A DNA stretch of 64,000 bases from NCBI GenBank assembly GCA_023423655.1, contig JAFAFE010000005.1, forward strand, positions 72,058 to 136,057. Reading direction: 5' to 3'. Of this stretch, positions 19,372-26,796 are shown piece after piece. Origin of the DNA: Pseudomonadota bacterium (GTDB taxonomy: Bacteria; Pseudomonadota; Alphaproteobacteria; Sphingomonadales; Sphingomonadaceae). The notes under the pieces are model-generated. The model did no database searches, had not been told where the DNA came from, and saw nothing but the letters and a program-made list of their open reading frames with translations. The position numbers and the translations under genes are program-made. Position 1 is the first letter of the stretch. Each line of letters opens with the position of its first letter.

Positions 19372-19467
19372 CACCTACGCGTAATTTAATTACGCGACAT
19401 ACGCCGCGCTACGCCCATATGGCCATGCGCGAAGGGATGCTGTTGCGGATTGCGTAAAGGGCCGCCG

Positions 19468-20469
19468 TTAAGGCCGCGGCCCCACATCGCCCTGCCCGAC
19501 TGTGCTTGAGGCCATCTCCAGCATCTTGTCGAGGCTGCGCTTGGCGGCGAGGCGCAATTCTTCGTCAATTTCGACACGCGGCTCCAGATCGCGCAGCGCG
19601 AGATAGAGTTTTTCCATCGTATTCAATGCCATATAGGGGCAGACATTACAGTTGCAGTTGCCGTCCGCGCCCGGTGCGCCGATAAAAGTCTTTTCCGGCA
19701 CCGCTTTTTCCATCTGGTGGATGATATGCGGTTCGGTCGCGACAATCAGCGTGTCGCCTTCCATCGTCTTGGCATAATTTAAAATGCCGCTGGTGGAGCC
19801 CACATAATCGGCATGTTCGACAATATAGCCCGGACATTCGGGGTGGGCAGCGACCGGCGCGTCGGGATGCTGCGCCTTCAATTTGATCAGCTCGGTTTCG
19901 CTAAACGCTTCATGGACGATGCACACGCCCGGCCATAACAGCATCTCGCGGCCCAGCTTGCGCGACAAATAACCGCCCAGATGCTTGTCGGGGCCAAAGA
20001 TGATTTTCTGTTCGGGCGGGATTTGCGACAGGATTTTTTCCGCCGAGGACGAGGTCACGATCACATCGGACAGTGCCTTCACCTCGGTCGAACAGTTGAT
20101 ATAGGTGAGCGCGATATGGTCGGGATGCGCTTCGCGAAACGCTTTGAACTGCGCGGGCGGGCAGCTATCTTCAAGACTGCATCCCGCGTCCAGATCCGGC
20201 AGCACGACAATTTTTTCGGGCGACAAAATCTTGGCGGTATCGGCCATGAATTTGACCCCGCAAAAAGCGATAACATCGGCGTCGGTTTCCGCTGCTTTGC
20301 GCGACAATTCAAGGCTGTCACCGACAAAATCGGCAATATCCTGGATTTCCGGCTTTTGGTAATAATGGGCGAGGATCACCGCATTGCGCTCTTTGCGCAA
20401 ACGTTCAATCTCTGCGCGAATATCGACACCCTGCAAGGTGCCGCCGATACCGTTACGTGCGTCCATCAT
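19468..20469 (-). CDS. nadA: Quinolinate synthase
   Basis: 333-aa ORF with NAVILAHYYQKPEIQDIADFVGDSLELS and conserved cysteine regions (GCSLEDSC, YINCSTEV, CNCNVCPYM). Confidence 0.95.
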   Translation of the reverse strand: MMDARNGIGGTLQGVDIRAEIERLRKERNAVILAHYYQKPEIQDIADFVGDSLELSRKAAETDADVIAFCGVKFMADTAKILSPEKIVVLPDLDAGCSLEDSCPPAQFKAFREAHPDHIALTYINCSTEVKALSDVIVTSSSAEKILSQIPPEQKIIFGPDKHLGGYLSRKLGREMLLWPGVCIVHEAFSETELIKLKAQHPDAPVAAHPECPGYIVEHADYVGSTSGILNYAKTMEGDTLIVATEPHIIHQMEKAVPEKTFIGAPGADGNCNCNVCPYMALNTMEKLYLALRDLEPRVEIDEELRLAAKRSLDKMLEMASSTVGQGDVGPRP

Positions 20470-20559
20470 TCATCCCTTTATAGTTGCCCCCTAAATGGCG
20501 GCAGCGGGACGATTGCGCAAGACCTATGGGCAATCCGCTCTGCCGATGGCGCGTATGGC

Positions 20560-21180
20560 TCAGCCTTCGTCGGCAAAATAGACTTTGACGCCCGCATCCA
20601 CGCCGGCGGATTTGAGCGGGGCGCTAAAGCTGCGTTTGACGATAGCGCGCACCGCCGCCTTGGCTTGCTCCATCGGGCCTTTGGCGCGGGCTTGTTCCAA
20701 AAGTTGGGCTTCGGCGCTGCGGCGGCTGGCGCGGTCGATGCCGCCCTCTTTTTTGGCGAGCGGAACGGGCTTGCCCCCGCCGCGCCAGCGCGCAATCGCG
20801 TCATGGACAATATCCGGCCCGTTCACGCGCAATTTCGGGAGCTTTATCTCCAGCTCCTTGGTGGTTGCATTCCATTCAAGATCGGAAGCGCGCACGCCTT
20901 CGACATCGACTTCATAACGCACCGTGCCGGGGACAAGGAGCAATTGCGGCGACCCCGCCGACGATACGGTTTGCGGCACCACCGCGACATAGCGCGCGAT
21001 GAAGGGGGTCAGCACTTGCTGTTCTTTCAGCGTTTCGAGGCTGGCCTGAACGATCATTTGCGGGTCGCCATCAGGGGTCGCAGCACGGCGGCTATTCCAT
21101 CCGGCGAGGAGACCGATAAGGATGAGGGCGGCGATGCCCCATCCCCATAAGCGGTTGCCGCCGGGCAATGCACCGCTCAT
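20560..21180 (-). CDS. DUF4230-like membrane-anchored protein
   Basis: ORF 20560..21195. ATG 21180 overlaps the upstream stop as ATGA. It has a single N-terminal TM helix (WGWGIAALILIGLLAGW). Confidence 0.6.
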   Translation of the reverse strand: MSGALPGGNRLWGWGIAALILIGLLAGWNSRRAATPDGDPQMIVQASLETLKEQQVLTPFIARYVAVVPQTVSSAGSPQLLLVPGTVRYEVDVEGVRASDLEWNATTKELEIKLPKLRVNGPDIVHDAIARWRGGGKPVPLAKKEGGIDRASRRSAEAQLLEQARAKGPMEQAKAAVRAIVKRSFSAPLKSAGVDAGVKVYFADEG

Positions 21181-22052
21181 CCGGTGAGGCTCCACACGCC
21201 ATCGGCATCTTCGGTAACGCGGCCGCGGATCTGCAATTCGAGCAAATGGGCAAGCACCGATCGGCCCGCCGCTCCGTGCAGGCGCGGGTCGAGGCCTTTA
21301 TACATTTCGGCGACAAAATCGTCGATGCGTTGCGGCCCGCGTTCGAGCATCCGCACAATCTGCCCTTCGCGCTGCTTGCGGTGGCCCATCATACCGCGCG
21401 CGAGCCGTTGCGGTTTATCCACCGGCGCGCCGTGGGCGGGATAATAGATGCGGTCCTGAGGCCGGTCGATCAGCTTTTGGAGGCTATCCATATAGGCCGC
21501 CATATCGCCATCGGGCGGGGAAATGACGCTGGTGGACCAGCCCATAATATGGTCGCCGGTAAACAGTGCGCCGCTTTCCTCCAGCGCATAGCAAAGATGG
21601 TTCGATGTATGCCCCGGTGTCGCTACCGCCGTCAGCGTCCAGCCTTCGCCGCGCACAATGTCGCCATCGGCCATGACCGCATCGGCGCGATAGGTCCGGT
21701 CGAACGATGCGTCAGCGCGCGGGCCGCTATCGTCGAGGACGAGGGGCGCACAGCCGATGATCGGCGCACTGGTTTTGGCCTGAAGCGGAACTGCCGCCGG
21801 ACTATGGTCGCGGTGCGTGTGGGTGCACATGATCGCAATGATGTCGCGCGCGCCTACCGCTTGGATAAGGGCTTCCAGATGGTCGGCATCGTCGGGGCCG
21901 GGGTCAATCACCGCAACATCCTTGCCGCCACCGACAATATAGGTTTGTGTGCCGGTATAGGTGTAAGGCGACGGATTGCCCGCAAGCAATCGCTGCACCA
22001 AAGGCTCAACCTGTTCGATCAGGCCGACAGGACCGGGGGGCGGAATATTCAT
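21177..22052 (-). CDS. MBL-fold metallo-hydrolase
   Basis: HTHRDHSPAA (HxHxDH) plus downstream PGHTSNH and FTGDH motifs. Confidence 0.85.
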   Translation of the reverse strand: MNIPPPGPVGLIEQVEPLVQRLLAGNPSPYTYTGTQTYIVGGGKDVAVIDPGPDDADHLEALIQAVGARDIIAIMCTHTHRDHSPAAVPLQAKTSAPIIGCAPLVLDDSGPRADASFDRTYRADAVMADGDIVRGEGWTLTAVATPGHTSNHLCYALEESGALFTGDHIMGWSTSVISPPDGDMAAYMDSLQKLIDRPQDRIYYPAHGAPVDKPQRLARGMMGHRKQREGQIVRMLERGPQRIDDFVAEMYKGLDPRLHGAAGRSVLAHLLELQIRGRVTEDADGVWSLTG

Positions 22053-22266
22053 GACAGGCCTTGTGGCAAATCCCGCGCAGCTTTTGAAGGATTTGTTGGA
22101 TCGGGTTCCCGTCTTTGTGCGCGGCGATTTTAGGATGCTTGTTTAGGCGCGGGGAAAAAGCAACCGGCGGCCCGCGCCTTATTCTGTCGGGATTATTTAC
22201 AAAGCCGCCCCGCGTTCATCTTTTGCTTACCATCATAAGCGGCAGAAACCGGCGCTTGATCTAAAG

Positions 22267-22282
22267 TGGCACGCGCGGTGCA
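22267..22282 (+). promoter_or_regulatory. Sigma-54 (RpoN) promoter A: TGGCACGCGCGGTGCA
   Basis: Matches TGGCACG-N4-TTGCA at 15/16 positions with correct GG/GC spacing. It is intergenic, and no plus-strand ORF of at least 60 aa lies downstream. Confidence 0.7.
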
Positions 22283-22292
22283 TAGTTTCCGA

Positions 22293-22466
22293 TATTCCTG
22301 AGTGTTTCGCTCCAGAGAGGCGGGTTCGGACCGGATTGGTCCCTGATCCGACCCGCCCTCACCCGGCATCCCGACAATTTGAAGCCACAGCCCGCCCGCG
22401 TTGATACGCGCGGACATATGCGCTTGCCGGAGATTACGCCCATCCCGTTGATTGTCGGGCATTTTT
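22293..22466 (+). ncRNA. Candidate sigma-54-dependent small RNA A
   Basis: The predicted start is ~12 nt after the -12 element. It has a conserved 5' segment and an imperfect ~13-bp hairpin (22317-22360). A possible weak terminator is CCCG-N8-CGGG followed by CATTTTT at 22445-22466. Only a 22-codon ORF is present. Confidence 0.35.
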
Positions 22467-22518
22467 ACACCCAAGCGGCGCGTTAATAAACCGCACACCA
22501 TTAGGTAGCGCAAAAATC

Positions 22519-22545
22519 CGCGCGTGCCGCAAATTGGCACGCGCG
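22519..22545 (-). terminator. Intrinsic terminator for the minus-strand gene 22671..23177; it overlaps the -24 element of promoter B
   Basis: CGCGCGTGCC-N7-GGCACGCGCG forms a 10-bp stem, followed on the minus strand by GATTTTTG. Confidence 0.5.
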
Positions 22546-22550
22546 CTGCA
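22535..22550 (+). promoter_or_regulatory. Sigma-54 (RpoN) promoter B: TGGCACGCGCGCTGCA
   Basis: Same spacing and near-identical sequence to promoter A. It points toward the 3' end of a convergent gene. Confidence 0.65.
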
Positions 22551-22560
22551 TAGATTAAAT

Positions 22561-22634
22561 TGTTCCTAAGTGTCTCGCTCTAGAGAGAGCGGGCCAGTCC
22601 CGGTCTGGTCCCCGGTCTGGCCCGCCCTCACCCG
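22561..22634 (+). ncRNA. Candidate sigma-54-dependent small RNA B (3' end undefined; could read antisense into 22671..23177)
   Basis: The 5' block is conserved with copy A. The hairpin at 22585-22629 has an upper stem of different sequence that is still complementary (CCAG/CTGG here, TTCGGA/TCCGA in copy A). Confidence 0.3.
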
Positions 22635-22670
22635 CTTCTTCAAAGTTATGAAAAAGCTGGCGCTATTGCC

Positions 22671-23177
22671 TCATTGTGCCATTTCATTGGCAAAAGCCGC
22701 ATAGACAGCGCGCCGTGTTTCCGAGTCAGGCAAGGCTCTATATGCCATATAATGGTCGCGGGCGCGTCCAAGCTGCGCGTGACGCGCTTTCTCGTCCAAT
22801 GCTTCAGCCGAACAATTAATAACCTTGACCAGCCGCGTCGTCTTTGCGGTGCGGATGGTGCGTTCCAACAATAAGCTACTCACATCGCCATTGCTGACAC
22901 ATTGCGACAGCACATCCTGCAATGCGAGACCGGACACGGCATTTTGCGTCAGCACCATATAGTCGCGCATAATCCCGTTCGTGGTGTCATAATTGACCAA
23001 CCGCACGGCCTCATAAGCATCCCGGCCTTTGGAAAGTGTCGGGACATAAGGCATCGCAGAAATATTGGGCTCAGGCATCGGCGTGAACGGGCTGGCCAGA
23101 AACGAGGGAGGCTCAGGCTGCGCGTGGGCGGCCGTCGCAAGACAAAGAACAGCAACCGCAAGGACAATGCTTTTCAT
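22671..23177 (-). CDS. Secreted hypothetical protein
   Basis: Signal peptide MKSIVLAVAVLCLATAAHA. I recognise no family. Confidence 0.6.
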   Translation of the reverse strand: MKSIVLAVAVLCLATAAHAQPEPPSFLASPFTPMPEPNISAMPYVPTLSKGRDAYEAVRLVNYDTTNGIMRDYMVLTQNAVSGLALQDVLSQCVSNGDVSSLLLERTIRTAKTTRLVKVINCSAEALDEKARHAQLGRARDHYMAYRALPDSETRRAVYAAFANEMAQ

Positions 23178-23268
23178 AAGTTCCTCCTATATGTGCGAAG
23201 GAAGATATGCCTCACATGTTACAGTGTCAATTCGGCGGCATGGTCGATCAGGGGCAGGAGCTAGTTAC

Positions 23269-23604
23269 TCAGCCCTCGGCAGCAGCAACGCCTTCGTCGG
23301 CCATCAACTGTTGCAGTTCACCCGCTTCATACATTTCCATCATAATGTCGGAGCCGCCGACAAATTCGCCCTTCACATAAAGCTGGGGAATGGTCGGCCA
23401 ATCGGAATATTCCTTGATGCCCTGGCGCACTTCCATGTCCTGCAACACATCAACGCTTTCATATTTGACGCCGAGATGATCGAGAATGGCAATCGCGCGG
23501 CTGGAAAAGCCGCATTGCGGGAAAAGGGGCGAGCCCTTCATGAACAGCACAACGTCATTATTCTTGACGAGAGCATCAATGCGGGATTGGGCGGGGGTGG
23601 ACAT
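23269..23604 (-). CDS. grxD: Monothiol glutaredoxin (Grx4 family)
   Basis: CGFS active site (PQCGFSSRA) and WPTIPQLYVKGEFVGG. Confidence 0.95.
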   Translation of the reverse strand: MSTPAQSRIDALVKNNDVVLFMKGSPLFPQCGFSSRAIAILDHLGVKYESVDVLQDMEVRQGIKEYSDWPTIPQLYVKGEFVGGSDIMMEMYEAGELQQLMADEGVAAAEG

Positions 23605-23624
23605 AGCAGTCTCCTGTTCGGGGC

Positions 23625-23858
23625 CTATTCGGGAAGGGCTGTGGTGAGTTGGAGCGCGTGCAAAGTCGTGCCCATATGTTCGCCGAGCGCGGCATAAACC
23701 GCGCGCTGTTGCTTGATGCGCGGGATCCCGCGAAAGCTTTCCGACACGACATGCGCGGCATAATGGTCGCCATCACCGGCAAGGTCGGTGATCGTCACCT
23801 GCGCATCGGGGATCGCATCGCGGATCATGGTTTCAATCGTTTCGGCGCTCATCGGCAT
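23625..23858 (-). CDS. BolA-family protein
   Basis: 77 aa with HYAAHVVSESF and RIKQQRAVYAAL, located next to grxD. Confidence 0.85.
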   Translation of the reverse strand: MPMSAETIETMIRDAIPDAQVTITDLAGDGDHYAAHVVSESFRGIPRIKQQRAVYAALGEHMGTTLHALQLTTALPE

Positions 23859-23871
23859 GGCGGAATAGGCC

Positions 23872-24195
23872 TCAAATCTCGCTCATCAACTGGCGGCGCG
23901 CTTCGATAAGCTTTTCATCGAGCGCCTGACGGATACCGGCATCGTCAATATCGATACCGGCCGAGACCAGATCGCCTAACAATTTGCGGACCACATCTTC
24001 ATCGCCTGCTTCTTCGAAATCGGCCTGCACTACGCTTTTGGCATAGGCGTCGGTTTCTTCGGGGGTCAGGCCCATTTTTTCTGCCGCCCATTGGCCGACC
24101 AGCTTGTTGCGGCGCGCATTGACACGGAAATTCATTTCCTCGTCGCGGGCAAATTTGGTTTCAAAAGCGCGTTCGCGGTCGTCGAAGGTCGTCAT
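23872..24195 (-). CDS. DUF1476 protein (alphaproteobacterial F1-ATPase inhibitor zeta-subunit family)
   Basis: MTTFDDRERAFETKFARDEEMNFRVNARRNKLVGQWAAEKMGL. Confidence 0.75.
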   Translation of the reverse strand: MTTFDDRERAFETKFARDEEMNFRVNARRNKLVGQWAAEKMGLTPEETDAYAKSVVQADFEEAGDEDVVRKLLGDLVSAGIDIDDAGIRQALDEKLIEARRQLMSEI

Positions 24196-24302
24196 GGTCA
24201 GGCTGTCCCCTTTTGGAAATCACAGTCAATGCAGCAGATAGGGTGGCAAGCCCCCTTTCGCAAGGCGGTTGACGGCAGGAAAGTTTCCGCCAAAAGGACC
24301 GC

Positions 24303-25781
24303 ATGACGCATCAAGACGCCAAGCCTGCCGCCACGCCTGCTAGCCCAGCTGCCCCACTCATGCTGTTTGACAGCCTGACCCGCGCGTTAAAGCCGTTCGA
24401 TCCGGTGCATGAGGGCGAAGCGCGTGTTTATAGCTGTGGCCCCACCGTCTATAATTTCCCGCATATCGGCAATATGCGCGCTTATGTGTTTGCCGACACG
24501 CTGGGCCGCGTGCTGACATGGAAAGGCTATAAGCTGCGCCATGTCATCAACATCACCGATGTCGGTCACCTCACCGACGACGCCGATGCGGGCGAGGATA
24601 AGCTTGAAAAAGCCGCGGCGGAAAAAGCCCAGTCGATCTGGGACATTGCCCGCTTTTATACCGAAGCCTATTGGGACGATGTGAAGGCGCTCAATATCCG
24701 TCAGCCTGCGCATTGGTCGATTGCGACCGATTATGTGCCGCAGATGATCGCCTTTGCGGAGAAAATTGCCGACAAACATTGCTACCAACTGGAGAGCGGC
24801 CTTTATTTCGATACCAGCACCGTGCCCGATTATGGCCGCCTTGCGCGCCACGGCACCGATGAGGGCGAAAGCCGTATTGACCCGGTGGACGGCAAGCGCC
24901 ACCCCGCGGACTTTGCGATCTGGCGCAAAACGCCGGAGGGTGAAAAGCGTCAGATGGAATGGGATTCGCCGTGGGGCAAGGGCGCGCCGGGCTGGCATCT
25001 TGAATGTTCGGTGATGAGCGAGGCGCTGCTCGGTATGCCGTTCGACATCCACACCGGCGGCATCGACCATCGCGAAATCCACCATCCCAACGAGATTGCG
25101 CAGAACCAGGCCCATGCCTGCGCCGCCGATACGGGCGCGCGGATGTGGATGCACAATAATTTCCTCGTCGACCGCACCGGTAAAATGTCGAAATCGAGCG
25201 GCGAATTTTTGCGGCTCCAGCTTTTGATCGACAAAGGCTATCACCCGCTCGGCTATCGTATGATGTGCTTGCAGGCCCATTATCGTAGCGAGCTGGAATT
25301 TAGCTGGGACAATCTGGGCGCGGCGCTCACGCGGTTAAAGCGCATGGTGATGGCCGTCAGCCAGTTGCGCGAGACGACCGGGGCCGCAACTGAGATAAGC
25401 CATCCCAAATTGACCGAACTGCTAAGCCGTTTTGATGCGGCCATATCGGATGACCTCAACACGCCGATTGCGCTCACAATATTGGAAGAGGCGATTGCGC
25501 TTAAAAAAATAGATGCCGCGCAAAAGCTTGCGACGATTGCGCGCATGGATGATGTGACGGGCCTTGCGCTCCTCACTGTGTCGCGCGCCGACTTGCGCCT
25601 GCGTCCCAAGACCGCGACCATCAACGAAACCGAAATCGACGCCGCGATTGCCGAGCGCAAACAGGTGCGCGAGGCCAAAGATTATGCCGCCTCCGACCGC
25701 ATCCGCGACACGATGGCTGCGCAAGGCGTCGCGCTGATGGATGGCGACTCGCTGGGGTGGGAATGGCTGCTCGCGCCGTAA
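24303..25781 (+). CDS. cysS: Cysteine--tRNA ligase
   Basis: HIGNMR (HIGH) and KMSKSSG (KMSKS) motifs. AAAGGA RBS lies before ATG 24303; an alternative ATG at 24360 lacks an RBS. Confidence 0.95.
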   Translation: MTHQDAKPAATPASPAAPLMLFDSLTRALKPFDPVHEGEARVYSCGPTVYNFPHIGNMRAYVFADTLGRVLTWKGYKLRHVINITDVGHLTDDADAGEDKLEKAAAEKAQSIWDIARFYTEAYWDDVKALNIRQPAHWSIATDYVPQMIAFAEKIADKHCYQLESGLYFDTSTVPDYGRLARHGTDEGESRIDPVDGKRHPADFAIWRKTPEGEKRQMEWDSPWGKGAPGWHLECSVMSEALLGMPFDIHTGGIDHREIHHPNEIAQNQAHACAADTGARMWMHNNFLVDRTGKMSKSSGEFLRLQLLIDKGYHPLGYRMMCLQAHYRSELEFSWDNLGAALTRLKRMVMAVSQLRETTGAATEISHPKLTELLSRFDAAISDDLNTPIALTILEEAIALKKIDAAQKLATIARMDDVTGLALLTVSRADLRLRPKTATINETEIDAAIAERKQVREAKDYAASDRIRDTMAAQGVALMDGDSLGWEWLLAP

Positions 25782-25885
25782 AGGGGCCGCCACGCGCCGT
25801 GATTTTGTAACAAAGCCTATCACAGCCCCGCACCTGTTGCAGAACCGCCGGAGGACGGCTTTTGGCAACAAGTGCAACCAATTAG

Positions 25886-25924
25886 TGTAAAATCCAATGT
25901 AAAATCTATTGTAAATCCTTGTAA
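25886..25924 (+). promoter_or_regulatory. Four phased direct repeats of TGTAA(A)(A)TC upstream of the response-regulator gene
   Basis: TGTAA at 25886, 25898, 25910 and 25920 (spacing 12, 12, 10). There are further copies at 25981 and 26006 and an inverted copy (GTTACA) at ~25935. Confidence 0.45.
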
Positions 25925-26059
25925 CTATTTGCGGTTACAGGTTTATTTTTCAACGGATACTCTTCATCGTTACGCGCGTTTGTAAAAAAACCAGATTTAC
26001 GGACGTGTAAGGGGAAGTGCGGGGAGAGGAAGTTTCCCGCACAGGTGAAGGGAAATAAA

Positions 26060-26761
26060 ATGCGTATCGCTATTGCCGATGACGACAATACGATGTCGGA
26101 TTACATCGCCGGAATTGTAAAAGACCAAGGATATAACAGCCAGACGTTCGCCAATGGCGACCATCTGCTGACGGCGCTGCGCCGCGATACCTATGATCTG
26201 GTCATGCTTGACTGGAACATGCCGGGCAAGTCCGGCATCGAGACACTGGAAGTCATCCGCGACACGATGGATGAAGCGCCGCCGGTCATCATGCTCACGA
26301 GTCGCGCCGACAAGCGCGACATCGCCACCGCGCTTCAGGCGGGGGCCGATGATTATATTGTCAAGCCTGAAGTGCCCGAAATAATTGCCGCCCGCATGGC
26401 CGCTGTTTTACGCCGCACGGTGAAGGTGGATCCGAGTGTCCGTGTCGAAGATATTGGCCCTTACACATTCGATTATATCAACCGCACGATCCGTGTGAAG
26501 GGTGAGGAAGTCATTCTGACAGCGAAAGAATATAGTCTTGCGCTGATGTTCTTCCGCAACCTCAACCGCGCTTTGTCGCGTTCCTATCTGTTACAGACTT
26601 TATGGAATAGTGTGGCGGACTTGCCCACCCGGACATTGGACATGCACGTATCGCGAATCCGTTCAAAGCTGGAATTAACCGCGGAGAATGGCTATCGGGT
26701 CCAGACCGTATTTGGTTATGGGTATCGTTTGGAATGTCTGACCGAAGAGTCCTTGAACTGA
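26060..26761 (+). CDS. OmpR/PhoB-family response regulator
   Basis: ATG 26060 follows GAAGGGA. Receiver domain (IAIADDD, DLVMLDWNMPGKSG) and winged-helix output domain (LTAKEYSLALMFFRN, GYGYRL). Confidence 0.9.
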   Translation: MRIAIADDDNTMSDYIAGIVKDQGYNSQTFANGDHLLTALRRDTYDLVMLDWNMPGKSGIETLEVIRDTMDEAPPVIMLTSRADKRDIATALQAGADDYIVKPEVPEIIAARMAAVLRRTVKVDPSVRVEDIGPYTFDYINRTIRVKGEEVILTAKEYSLALMFFRNLNRALSRSYLLQTLWNSVADLPTRTLDMHVSRIRSKLELTAENGYRVQTVFGYGYRLECLTEESLN

Positions 26762-26796
26762 GCAAATGCTCTCCGCAAAAGCCCGCCGGCGTGACT

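Larger units (their letters stand above)
22205..22634 (+). repeat. Two diverged tandem units (~22205-22365 and ~22475-22634, period ~268 bp). Each holds a sigma-54 promoter and a conserved structured segment.
   Basis: Hand alignment. The ~40-60 nt upstream of each promoter are partly similar (ACCAT... at -38 in both). The promoter 19-mer is identical at 18 of 19 positions. The downstream blocks TTCCT[G/A]AGTGT[T/C]TCGCTC[C/T]AGAGAG and CCCGCCCTCACCCG are conserved. Confidence 0.8.

Noticed and set aside
19278-19396. Chromosomal origin of replication (oriC) or a dif site.
   Set aside because: - oriC: there are only three DnaA-box-like sites and no obvious AT-rich unwinding repeats. None of the usual neighbouring genes (dnaA, hemE, parAB) is nearby.
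- dif: the palindrome CGCGTAATTTAATTACGCG does not resemble the XerC/XerD consensus (GCGCATAA-TGTATA-TTATGTTAAAT).
The region is kept as a finding only in the sense of an unusual DnaA-box pair or terminator.
18308-19467. Known housekeeping RNAs in the ORF-poor spacer: tmRNA (including the two-piece alphaproteobacterial form), RNase P RNA, SRP/4.5S RNA and 6S RNA.
   Set aside because: I looked on both strands for their hallmarks and found only partial resemblances.
- RNase P: the P4 sequence GAGGAAAGTCCGGGC was sought; only GAGGAAAGATAGCCG is present.
- SRP: GGTCCGGAAGGAAGCAGCC was sought; GGTCCGG and AGGAAGCAGG are present but not contiguous.
- tmRNA: a T-arm plus CCA end and an ANDN... tag frame were sought, and none was found.
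This still needs cmscan to be certain.
20470-20559. NAD+ riboswitch (nadA motif) in the 90-nt leader of nadA.
   Set aside because: The leader is short and lacks the tandem bulged-stem architecture I associate with the motif. nadA here appears to be co-transcribed with the upstream MBL and DUF4230 genes.
22193-22540. Minus-strand ORFs 22193..22540 (115 aa) and 22261..22443 covering the sigma-54 promoter region.
   Set aside because: They have no RBS and implausible composition (MPICGTRGFLRYLMVCG...). They span both the repeated promoter element and the hairpins, and the repeat conservation pattern does not follow their reading frame.
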